Below are positions 12,568 to 24,961 of a stretch of DNA of 64,000 nucleotides, piece after piece. The translations under genes were made by a program, and so were the position numbers. The notes beneath the pieces are model-generated. The model saw only the letters and a program-made list of their open reading frames with translations, was not told the DNA's origin and made no database searches. The DNA is from Octopus sinensis (Eukaryota): positions 88,722,001-88,786,000 of the forward strand of contig NC_043005.1 in the NCBI RefSeq assembly GCF_006345805.1, read 5' to 3'. How positions within the stretch are numbered: the stretch's first letter is position 1; each line of letters opens with the position of its first letter.

Positions 12568-13034
12568 GGGTAGATTTATGCATTGAGGTTAAACTATACA
12601 TCTTAACTACCCGATGTAATATTCTCAGGTAGATTTATGCATTGAGGTTAAACTGTTAATGTCATCTACCCCATATAACATTCTCGGGTAGATTTATGCA
12701 TTGGGGTTAAACTATACATCTCAACTACCCGATGTAATATTCTCGGGTAGATTTATGCATTGAGGTTAAACTGTTAATGTCATCTACCCCATATAACATT
12801 CTCGGGTAGATTTATGCATTGGGGTTAAACTATACATCTCAACTACCCGATGTAATATTCTCGGGTAGATTTATGCATTGAGGTTAAACTGTTGAATGTT
12901 GGCTACCCATATTAGACTATCCTCGGGTAGAATTGATGCATTGAGGTTAATCTATACCTCTCAACTACCCGACTGGTACTATTCTTGGGTAGTTTATGCA
13001 TTGAGTTAAACTGTTAATGTCATCTACCCCATAT
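12568..13034. repeat. 59-bp minisatellite, 8 units alternating A/B (118-bp dimer)
   Basis: Units start at 12568, 12627, 12686, 12745, 12804, 12863, 12925 and 12987; each begins gggtagatttatgcattg(a/g)ggttaaact. Confidence 0.95.
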
Positions 13035-13039
13035 CTCTC

Positions 13040-13081
<42 letters not shown>

Positions 13082-13142
13082 TTTGTGAAGACTCGCTAGG
13101 TAGTAGCAGATGATAAATTGCTTTTATGGGTGCAGAGAAATA

Positions 13143-14416
13143 TTGGGTTGTCCGGAAAGTTTGTGCGGATTTATAGTAGCTTACCTTCCGACTTATTTTA
13201 GAACATGGTTGAGTCCATAAAATAGGATTTGACTACACCTCCATTTAGAGCACAGTTTAAGCTATCTTTTCGTGGAAGAAGGTTTATGTTGCTATAACCT
13301 GTGTTAATTCTGTAACCCTTTAAAATGGAAGATAGGAAACTTCATTTTCGGCACTTGATGCTTTTCTAAAGGGAAAAATGCCTCACAAGCAACCAATGAA
13401 ATATGCACAGTTTACGGTGAGGTTTCTTTATCCGAAGGAACTGTACATAAGTGGTTCGCAAGGTTCCGAGCTGGAGATTGTAGCTTTATTGATAAAGAGC
13501 AATCAGGCAGACCATCCACTACAGATGATGACCATATCAAGTCATTAATTGAGAATAACCCACATTTCAGAATCCGAGAATTGGCAGAAAGCCTCAACCT
13601 ATCAAAATCCGTCGTTCATGAGCACCTGGTAAAGCTTGGGTACACAAATCGCTACGATGTTTGGGTACCACATGAGTTGAATGAGAAGAAACTTTTGGAT
13701 CGCATTTCCATCCGTGATTCGTTTTACAAACGGAATGAAAACGCGCCTTTTTAAAGCAAATTGTGACAGGTGATGAGAAATGGATTATCAAACGAAATGT
13801 TCAGAGAAAGCGATCCTGGAGTAAGCGACATGAGCCACCCTTAGCCATCCCGAAAGTGGGTCTTCACCCTAAAAAGTCTTGCTTTGTGTTTGGTGGGATT
13901 GGAAAGGAATTCTGTACTATGTGCTTCTCCCATGTAACCAGACAATTAATTCTGAGAAATACTGCACACAATTGGACCAGTTAAAAGCAGCAATTCAAGA
14001 GAAACGTCCAGAATTGGCCAGCAGGAAGGTGATGTTTTCCAACATGATAATGCAAGAACGCACGTTTCATTGGGAACCAAACAAAAATTGCTGCAGCTCG
14101 GCTGGGATGTGTTACCCCACCCTCCATATTCACCAGATATTGCTCCTTCGGATTTCCACTTATTCAGGTCTCTGCAGAATAGTCTTAATGGTAAAAATTT
14201 CAATTCCTTAGATGACGTAAGAAGATACCTTGATGAATTCTTTGCCTTGAAACCACCTCAATTCTGGGAAGAGGGTATTTTCAAGTTAAAGTTAAAGATG
14301 GAGACACATTGTGCAACAAAATGGTTCATATTTTGTTGATGAAAAATGTAACTGCAAGTATTTATTGACCTTTTTCTTTCCTTTAAAAATCGACATGAAC
14401 TTTCCGGACAACCCAA
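13143..14416 (+). mobile_element. Complete mariner (Tc1/mariner) element with a disabled transposase
   Basis: ~30-bp TIRs (ttgggttgtccggaaagtt, 19 bp perfect) and TA on both flanks (13141-42, 14417-18). The transposase runs from ATG 13325 with WVPHEL, TGDEKW, HDNA and YSPDIAPSDFHLF, broken by stops and frameshifts. Confidence 0.95.
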
Positions 14417-14639
14417 TATTTGGTTCTGAAGTTCGATACCTTAAGCAGCATACAGCAGCCGAGGAAGGAGAAGAAGAAGAAGAAGAAGAAGAAGAAGAAG
14501 AAGGGAGTGGTATGACACAGTAGTAGAGGCCCTCCATGGAATCTACTTTAATGGTCAAGTGACCTAAAAGTGACCTGTTGTGGTTGTAGCTGTAGTAACA
14601 GAAACCGTTCTAAATACATTCATAGGTAGCTACTGTTAT

Positions 14640-14937
14640 GAATATATCACCGTGACCACCGTGACTATCAGATGTTGCTACACATCGCTGGTCACATTGT
14701 TTTAGCCTTCAAATGACGCCATCCCGCTGGCTAAGCGAGCAGGCCAACAGAAGAAAGAGTAAGAGAAAGTTGTGGCGAAAGAGTACAGCAGGGATCGCCA
14801 CCACACCCTGCCGGAGCCTCGTGGAGCTTTAGATGTTTTCGCTCAATAAACACTCACAACGCCCGGCCTGGGAATCGAAACCGAGCGATTCTACAACCGC
14901 GAGTCCGCTGCCCTAACCACTGGGCCATTGCGCCTCC
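14640..14937 (-). mobile_element. SINE family C, longest copy
   Basis: Reverse complement of the 8321 copy plus an extended 3' part. Confidence 0.85.
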
Positions 14938-14944
14938 AAGTGTT

Positions 14945-14949
14945 ATGTG

Positions 14950-15044
<95 letters not shown>

Positions 15045-15046
15045 TA

Positions 15047-15120
<74 letters not shown>

Positions 15121-15565
15121 TATATATGATATATATATATATAATAATAATAATATTAGGGAATAAATCCAAACTTACAGGGAAAAATTAGATTTAGGAT
15201 TTAATCCAATTTTATAGTATAAATATATTGTATTATATTATATTAATTAGGGAAAAACCGCTAATTAGGCAATCAAACAGTGAAAACATAACCCAATACA
15301 TAAAATTAATTTAAAAATATAAAAGTTAAAAATAAAAATTATTTAATAATTTAAACTTATAAATTTTATATATATAACAAAATATTATATATAAATAGGT
15401 ATGTATATGTATATTTATATATTTTTATATTTATATTATTATTTTTTTTCCTTTTTATATATATTTTTTAAATATCAAATTAAAATTTTAATAGATTTGC
15501 CTAATAGTGGTTTTATCTCTAATTTAATATTATATATATATAATATATATATATATATAATATAC

Positions 15566-15609
<44 letters not shown>

Positions 15610-15770
15610 CTATATATATATATTATATTATATAATATATAATATATATATATACTCTATATATATATATCATATATATCATATAGATATATATATAATA
15701 TCATATATATATATAATATATATCTACTATATATATCTATATATATATATATAATATATATATATATAGC
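14945..15770. repeat. (TA)n arrays enclosing an extremely AT-rich segment with degenerate inverted ends
   Basis: TA runs at 14945-15130 and 15520-15770; aattagggaaaaaccgctaattaggcaatc (~15245) versus gatttgcctaatagtggttttatctctaatt (~15495). Confidence 0.75.
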
Positions 15771-16190
15771 GCAGGAGTGGCTGTGTGGTAAGTAGCTTGC
15801 TAACCAACCACATGGTTCCGGGTTCAGTCCCACTGCGTGGCATCTTGGGCAAGTGTCTTCTGCTATAGCCCCGGGCGACCAATGCCTTGTGAGTGGATTT
15901 GGTAGACGGAAACTGAAGAAGCCTGTCGTAATATGTATATATATATATGTGTTGTGTGTGTTTGTTTGTCTGTGTTTGTCTCCTAGCATTGCTTGACAAC
16001 CGATGCTGGTGTGTTTACGTCCCCGTCACTTAGAGGCGTTTCGGCAAAAGAGACCGATAGAATAAGTACTGGGGCTTACAAAGACTAGGTCCCGGGGTCG
16101 ATTTGCTCGACTAAGGCGGTGCTTCAGCATGGCCGCAGTCAAATGACTGAAACAAGTAAAAGAGTAAAAGAGTAAAAGAGAATATATCAT
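15770..16190 (+). mobile_element. SINE family A, full-length reference copy
   Basis: tRNA-like head, central TA/TG tract, 3' tail (gtaaaaga)n. Other copies: 9170-9455(-), 20210-20497(-), 31315-31460(-), 46355-46570(-), 58045-58210, 58615-58990(-), 60775-60940(-), 61255-61410(-). Confidence 0.9.
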
Positions 16191-16581
16191 TTGTAATATT
16201 TGCGTGGGTATTATTCTCAAATCCTTGTTTTAGTGTCATCTGTGGTGGAAGCATTCATGTATATGCATTTAAATATGCACACACACCCAAACACAGACAC
16301 ACCACCACCACCACCACCACCACCACACACCCCAAACACAGTCTTTCTCCTCTCCCTCTCACTCCCATACAACACCCAATCACAAACGTTAGTCCTTCAT
16401 TTCCATGCCTCCCCCTCTCCCCCATACCACCACTTACACTCCTACAGATACTCTCACTTGCACACCTTATACATATAGTATGTATGCATGAAAGAAACTA
16501 GACATAATCGCTAGCAGAGGCAGACACATTTAGAAATTGCTTGAAGCAGACGACACATTTGTTCTGAGAGGTTTGTTCACC

Positions 16582-16724
16582 ATGGACTACGAAGAAGTGA
16601 TTGGGACAATTGGAGGATGTGGACTTTATCAGAAACTGATGCTAGCTTTTCTCTACTCTTCAACCGTTATGGATGGTTTACAAATTGGAAGCATGATTTT
16701 TATTGTACCTGACTTAGATTACAG
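16582..16724 (+). CDS. First coding exon of an SLC22-family (organic cation/anion, MFS) transporter
   Basis: Kozak-type caccATGg. MDYEEVIGTIGGCGLYQKLMLAFLYSSTVMDGLQIGSMIFIVPDLDYR matches the SLC22 N-terminus (MxFxxVLxxxGxFGxYQ, TM1, P..RC). Consensus donor AG|GTAAGT at 16725, phase 2. Confidence 0.8.
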
Positions 16725-19183
16725 GTAAGTTTATAATAATGATTTTTTTATTCAAGGTGGCGAGCTGAGAGAACTGTTAGCACGCCGGGCGTAATGCCTA
16801 TCGGTATTTCTATCTTTACGTTCTGAGTTCAAATTCCGCGAAGGTCGACTTTGCCTTTCATCCTTTCGAGGTTGATAAATTAAGTACCAGTTGCGTACTG
16901 GGATCGATTTAATCGAATGTCCTCGTCCCCCAAAATTACAGGCCTTGTTCCTAGAAAAGAATGACGATTTCTTATTATCTATTCCAGGTGGGTGGTTAAA
17001 ATGGTGGTGCTTCAAAACAAAAACTCTCTGAGACATTTTTTTCTTTTGCTGTTTGGGTTAAAAACCTTTCTTACACCCCACCAACACCACCATCACCATG
17101 GGTTTATTATACGTGAAAGCTTTACACTTGATTTTATCAACCTTTTGAGCTTATCCCTGCATATTCTCTACCCATAATTCCTGGAGGGTCATGGGAGCAG
17201 AGTCCTCAGGTACATCCCCCATAGAAGCAACTTACTAAATCTCCTTCCCTGACTCCTAAGACTTGAAGAGGGAGGCTCAACAAGGCGATTCCCCTATAAT
17301 TAGAGCCCTCTCTTTTGTCTCCCTTTTTAAAAACTCCTTCAGACCACCAATCAATATATTACTAAGGATGTAGTGTCATTGATTTAATCAAGGGTACCCT
17401 CATCCTTCTTTCCAGAAATTCTGATTTTTATTTTTCTATCTTTTACTTGTTTCAATCATTGAACTGCAGCCATTGGCTTTCAGCCTCCTGGGGTCAAGTA
17501 CTGGGATTTAAGGCTTTCAACTAACCCCAGCCCCTAATCCCCAAATGACTGTGCCTTTTGTTAGAATCGATTATTATTTGGTTTGTGGATTCGCAGAATT
17601 CTTAAGGAACGGGACAAAATAATTTGTGGCATTTAGTTACAGTTGTTTACATTCCGAGTTCAAACGCCATCAAAGTTTCCTTTGCCTTTCATTCTTTATG
17701 GGGACAATAGAGCGAAATACCTGTAAAGTCCAGTTAAGGATCAGTCAGGTTTGTCTGGAGCCAACCGGTTCATTTGGCAGGGACATAGCCCAGTTTACAA
17801 TGACTAAAAATACAAACCTCCTCCAGAATGGGTTACCAGTCCATCACAGGGTGGGGGGACAATCTCTCTCACCAGTTTATTACTGGTTTTTATTTTCAGC
17901 TGAGTAAACTGGAGTAACACGAAAGGAAGCATTTTACACCAAAAACACAATGTGTTGACTGGTCTGGGATTTGAAACCATGACCTTGCAGTTATGAGTGC
18001 AACACATTAACCATTAGGCTAAACGTCTTCCCCAATAGCCTTTGGTGTCCCTAAGGTGGTGAGATGGGAAGAATGCTTTGTGACATTTCGTCCATCTTTA
18101 TATTCTGAATTGAAATGCCACAGAGCTTGGCTTTGACTTTCTTCCCCTTTTTTGGTGGAGAAGGGCGATAAAATGAGTAGCAGTTGAGAACGGTGGTGGA
18201 ATGGTGGGGGTGTCAATGTAATCGATTTACCCCTTCCACTGAAATTGCTGGCCTTGTGCCAGAACTTGAAACCAATAATATACTGGGTCTGGTTTAACAG
18301 AGCAACCCCCTCCCTACCGTGAATTTACAGCATTGTCCCTTCGTTAGAAATGATTGAATATTATTTAATTATTGACTAGGGATGCTGAACTTCTGGTTCT
18401 TCACATTGTGGGATCAAATCCCACTTTGGTCTACGTTGTCTTTCACTCTTCAGGCGTCAACGACAAAATGTTCTATTCACATACAGGGGTCATTTCATGT
18501 TTTTTTCTATTCTAGAAACAATTCCTACAATGGCAACGACCAGCAACATCTGTGGAACATTGGAGAAAATGTTTGCAGTATTTTCCGATGCCTCTTCATG
18601 TTCTGAGTATAGGCATGGGGCTTAGTGATGAGGCAATTCAGCTCATGATAAGTGGGTCGGGAGATCAATTCCCTGCAGTGCATTGTACTGTAAAGGCATT
18701 TAGCTCTTATTTCTAGCAATGTATGTACTACCCTGCACCGTTGGAATTTAGCCAAACTATCCAGCACTGTAGTAGTCTTAACTGATGAGCTTTTAATTCA
18801 AAGCAAAACTAGACTAGCATGATGATCTTGCGTGCTGTGGGGCAGTTATTTCTCCTGTCAAGGCATAGACGTGTGCATTTTTGCGGCTGTAACGGCTTTT
18901 TGCTCTTATTTGTAGCAATGTAGGGGGAACAGGGCACTGGCCCTTGGTGTGGTAAACTGGCCCTTGAGGTTTGGCGGAGTTTTCTTGACTGATCCTAAGC
19001 AGCAAACCATATTCGTTTGTCTTTTATCTTTTATCTGTTTCAATCATTAGATTGTGGCCATGCTGGGGCATAAACTGACACACAGACACACAGATATACA
19101 TACATAAATACATAGACACACACATACAAACATTCATTCATACATACATACATACATACACACATACATACATACATACACAC

Positions 19184-19215
<32 letters not shown>

Positions 19216-19526
19216 TTATACATATATATATATATTTATATATATTTATATATATGTGTGTGGGTGTGGGTGTGTGTATGTGTGTATGTGTGTGTGTATA
19301 TGTATATATATATATATGTGTGTGTCAACGTTCTTGTTTAAGGATAATAAATTTGCATTCTACAAAAAGTATCAAGTAAGCCGTTGGATTAACGTAAAAT
19401 TGTTTTTCTTATCACTGAACGTAAAAGTATTAACTTGTGTGTGTGTGTGTGTGTGTGTGTTGTGTGTGTATGTGTGTGTGTGTGTGTGTGCGCGCGCACA
19501 GGCATAGACAACATAATATCTCTTCA

Positions 19527-19835
19527 GTTCTGACACCTGATAGCTTGTCAGCTAAGGTGTCGTGATTTTAGGAATGTTCAACCCGATCAGTCACTGACTT
19601 ATAGGATATGTAATGACATAGGCGTAGGTGTGGCCGTGTGGTAAGAAGTTTAACCAGCAAACACATGGTTCAGAGTTAACTCCTACGGAGTGTCGCTTTC
19701 AGCAAATTTCTTCTGTTATGGCCTCGGGTTGTAAGGACTTTGGTACATTACAACATTACAACTGAAGTCTCTCTCTCTCCCTATTATATATATTATATAT
19801 TATATAATATATTATATATATATATATATACTATA

Positions 19836-19885
<50 letters not shown>

Positions 19886-20072
19886 TATATATATAATATT
19901 ATATATATATATATTACTTGTTTGTTGTTCATACACCTGTCTTCATTTTCTGTTTTTCTGTAAATTTCAACTGTATAGGTGACCCCTGCTGAGTCTTCTC
20001 TCATTATGCTATACGAACACTTAATGTGGTCTTAGTGTCAGATCCTGGCTGCTATTTTCAGCTATCAGGTGT
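19527..20072. repeat. ~540-bp segment directly repeated at 24581-25118
   Basis: gttctgacacctgatagc...ctggctgctattttcagc occurs in both places with only small indels. Confidence 0.9.
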
Positions 20073-20497
20073 GTGTGTGTGTGTGGTGTGTGTGTGTGTG
20101 TGTGTGTGTTTTGTGGTGTTGTAACACTATATTAGTATTTAATTGAACGCCACGCATCCATTTCCAACTAAGTTTATATGTATATATATATATATATAAT
20201 ATATATATATATTACTCTTTTACTATTTACTTGTTTCAGTCATTTGACTGCGGCCATGCTGGAGCACCGCCTTTACTCGAGCAACTCGACCCCGGGACTT
20301 ATTCTTTTGTAAGCCAGTACTTATTCTATCGGTTTCTTTGCCGAACCGCTAAGTTTCGGGGACATAAACACTCCAGCATCGGTTGTCATGCAATGCTAGG
20401 AGGACAAACACAGACACACAAACCACACACACGCATATATATATACATATATACGACGGGCTTCTTTCAGTTTCGGTCTACCAAATCCACTCACAAG

Positions 20498-21828
20498 GCT
20501 CGGACCCAGGAATTTAACTATATTTTGCTTTGGCAAAATGAAAAAGTTAGTTGCCTTATATTTAGGACACTCTGTATATATATATATATATAATATATAT
20601 ATATATATAATTTCAACAATTGAGGGCAAAATTAATTAATTATTAATCAATTTCACCAAGTGTTCAGTATGCAAAGGGACCATTCAAGGCGAATTCAAAT
20701 TATTACATTATATAAAAGGGCTTAGTAAAATAAATTACTTTGCCGCATACTGAACTCATTAGAAATAGCAGTCTAAAAAACTTTTTTAAGGCTATTTCTA
20801 ATACTTAAAGAAAATCTCTCTCATATATAGTGTTTGCTTAATTCAACTCACAAAAGTTTGGGGGTAAGGACATCGAAAAATCAAATGCTAAGGTTATTCG
20901 AGAAACGTACGTTTCAAAATTAGTCAAAACAACATTTCTATCATCGGCTCAGAAATTCCTTGGTTTGGATTTGGAAACACTGAAATAAGAACATACCCTT
21001 TCGAAGATCTGCTCCCAACTAACAGTGTATATATATAATCAAACTAAGCAACAAGGATATCCAGAGGTACGATCGTTTCATGCAACTGCATTTAATTGAA
21101 CAATGAAATCATTATATCAATTTAAAATGCAGAGCAATCTTCAGCTCCACAAAGTCATAGAATTTAATTAAATTAGAAGAGATGGATACATTAGTATAAT
21201 TATACCTAAAATCTCCAAAAAGTCAAGGAGATAAACAAAGATCATACTTTCTTCAATCCAGCATAGAAGTTACTATATATATACTTTGATAGGTTTTGGC
21301 CTGTATTGGCCCAGGCCATATCTGACTTAATAGCACCACCTGGCGAAGTCATTTAAATCAGAAGTCGGACAATATGGCCCACTCGAGTAGAGAGTTATTG
21401 TTTACAGAGACATATCCGAGTGCAGGAGGTTTATCCAAGAGTTCTTGAAGGAATTTGCTCAAAGACTTCTTGAACTTTATGGGATCTGTTTCTGCTTTAA
21501 TGTGTTTTGGTGTTATTTTAAACGGAGCGGGCCAATTGAGATGAAATAATTGTGCCATATTGTTGTTATGTGATGCGAATATGATTTATGTCGTGGGCGG
21601 ATAGCACGGGCCCCAAGTTCTTGGGTGTGTCTTAAAGGAGATGCCAACATCATTTGGACAATGGTGATTAAATATTTTCCACATCAGGTAGATGATGTAG
21701 CGCTCACGGCAGCGTTGAAGAGAATAACGCTTCAGCTTTTCTACATACATACACACATGCATACATACATACATACATACATACATACATACATACATAC
21801 ATACATACATACATACATACATACGTAC

Positions 21829-21875
<47 letters not shown>

Positions 21876-22886
21876 TATATAGGAGATAAATAAAAATATA
21901 TGCATACATACAAACATATATGTACGTACCTACATCTACATGTATATATACATGCATATATAAATAATTATACGGAAGTACAGGACATCACAATAAGACG
22001 TAGAAAAGAAAAAAGCCAAAAGACAAAAAACAAAGAAAACGGAAAACGAAAAAAAACATACAGGACAGGTTACACAAGGACAAAACCCCGTCATCAGCTG
22101 TCGCTAGAGGAGTCAGGCATGTTTCGAAGGCATAACAGAACACTAATCCAATAGGCCTTCCTGCGAGAGAATTAAAATAAAATTTCAAGCAGCGGGGCAC
22201 AATGAGTACGAACACAAACAAGACGTAACAATAAGACTGCAAAATTAAAATACATGTACAAAAACAAACACAAGAGGACGAACGAAAAAGCCTTTTTTCT
22301 GGCATAGACAAACAATAAAACTGCCAAAAATAAAAATACATGTACAAAAAGTACAATTAGTTACAAAACGAGAAAAAAACAAGAATACTATACAGGAAAT
22401 TAACCACACAAAGGGGACGAACGAAGAAGCCTTTTGCTGGCAAGGAGAAAGGTGTAAGTAGCAGCGCGTGGAGGCAGTCTTTCAATAGTAGTAACCACGT
22501 GTAAAGGAATTTTGTTTATAGGCAAGAAGAGGGAAGGAGGAGGGGGACACGCGGCGAAGAGAAGAGGAGGAGGGGGAGGGAGAAAAAGATTGAGAGGTTA
22601 AAGCAAGGAGGGAGAGAGTACCGCATCTTCAATATAATAATATTAATATAAAAAAGGGGACCAAGAAGTGGATCGAAACGACGAATCGGAACGAACCTGA
22701 TGCGGGGCGCTGTCAGACAATAAGGAGATAAATAAAAATATGCATACATACAAACATATATGACGTACCTACATCTACATGTATATATACATGCATATAT
22801 AAATAATTATACGGAAGTACAGGACATCACAATAAGGACGTAGAAACAGAAAAGCCAAAAGACAAAAAACAAAAAACGGAAAACGA

Positions 22887-22917
<31 letters not shown>

Positions 22918-24829
22918 TAATCCAACTAGAAAACACAGAAAAAAAGATAAAAAAAGAGAAAAAACACAGCAACGCAGGACGTGGAACAATTAAAGTATTA
23001 TTGACGCTCAGGAAAGAAGGGAAGGAGGGTTTAACGTTTCGAGCGGAGTTCTTCGTCGGAAACAAGGAGAAGGAAAGATCCCAAGGAGGGAAGACAGAGG
23101 AGACAATATTTGAGCTGGTGGTGCTTAAGAGATCACATGTTGAAAAGAACAGAATTTGGAGGTAGTTGAAAACTGTTTTTATAATGCAAGAGAGTTCCAA
23201 AAAAAGGGAATGCCTGTGTGTGTTTGTGTGTGTGTGCAAGATGACTAGTGTGTTTGTGCGTGCGTGTGTGTGTGTATTTTTGGTGAATAGAGGTAATGAC
23301 AAAGCCAGCTGTGGTGATGACTGCTAGCTGTTTGTGTCAAGCTAGGTCAAAGCCAGGTCAAACAACATCATAGTGTGTGTGTTGTTTGTAGTGTGTGTGT
23401 GTGTGTGCATGTGTGTGTTCGTGTGTGTATGCGTAGAGTGTGGGTGTGTGGCGTAACCTAGTACGTGTGTGCTTGTACGTGCGTGTGTGTGTGTAGGGGG
23501 ATGTATATGTGGGTTCATTTGTGTGAGAGTGTATGTATGTGCGTGTATGTGTGCGTTTGTATGTGTTTGTGTGTATGTGTGCGTGCGCGGGTAGGTGTAT
23601 ATTGTGTATGTATATCTGTCGGTGTGTATGTGAGTTTGTGTGTGTTTGTACGCGTGTATGTGTGTGTGAGTGTATAGTATATATATATATGTAAATGTGT
23701 GTGTGTGTGCGTGTGTGTGTACGTGCGTGCGAGTGAATGTATGTATATATGTGTGCGTGTGTGTACAATGTAGGAGCTTATATGTGTGTTTATATGTGTG
23801 TGTGTATGTATGTGTGTATGTGTGTGTATGTGTATGTATGTATGTATATATATGCGTGTGTGTATGTATGTATGTGTGTATGTGTGTCTGTATGTGTGTA
23901 TGTATGTATGTATGTGTGTGTGTGTATGTGTGTGTGTATGTATGTATGTATGTGTGTGTGTGTGTATGTATGTACGTATGTGTGTATGTATGTATTTTTG
24001 CATGCGTGTATGTGTGTATGTGCGTGTGTGTACATATGTATGTTTATGTATGTGTGTGTATGTATGTATTTATGTATGTAGTGTATGTATGTGTGTGTGT
24101 ATGTATGTATGTGTGCATGCGTGTATGTGTGCATGTGTGTGTGTTTGTATGTATGTATATATATGTGTGCGTATGTGTGTGTATGTATGTATATGTGTGT
24201 GTATGTATGTGCGTATGTATGTATGTGTGTGTATGTGTGTGTATGTATGTATGTGTATGTGTGTAAGTTTGTGTGTATGTATGTATGTATGTACGTGTGT
24301 GTGTATGTATGTGTGTGTATGTATGTGTGCGTGCGTGTGTGTGTATGTGTGTGTGTATGTGTGTGTATGTATGTATATGTATGTTTGTGTATGTATGTAT
24401 CTATGTATGTATGTGTGTTTGTATGTGTGTATATATGTATGTATGTGTGTATGCGTGTGTGTATGTGTGTGTGTATGTGTGTAAGTGTGTATGTATGTGT
24501 GTGTATGTATGTATGGATGGGTGTATGTGTGTAAGTGTGTGTGTGTATGTGTATGTATGTATGTATATGTACGCGTGTGTGTTCTGACACCTGATAGCTT
24601 GTCAGCTAAGGAGTCGTGATTTTAGGAATGTTCAACCCGATCAGTCACTGACTTATAGGATATGTAATGACATAGGCGTAAGTGTGGCCGTGTGGTAAGA
24701 AGTTTAACCAGCAAACACATGGTTCAGAGTTAACTCCTACGGAGTGTCGCTTTCAGCAACTTTCTTCTGTTATGGCCTCGGGTGTATGGACTTTGGTACA
24801 TTACAAATTAAACTGAAGTCTCTCTCTCT

Positions 24830-24867
<38 letters not shown>

Positions 24868-24918
24868 ATATATATATATATATTATATATATATATATAA
24901 TATAATATAGATATATAC

Positions 24919-24961
<43 letters not shown>

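Noticed and set aside
12568-13034. CRISPR-like look (28-nt constant block plus ~31-nt variable block)
   Set aside because: The variable blocks are just two alternating sequences, there are no cas genes, and the context is eukaryotic.
20902-20950. 14-bp palindrome gaaacgtacgtttc with a CCGATGA on the minus strand, as a hammerhead
   Set aside because: Helix II is weak and there is no helix I pairing; at most a relic junction.
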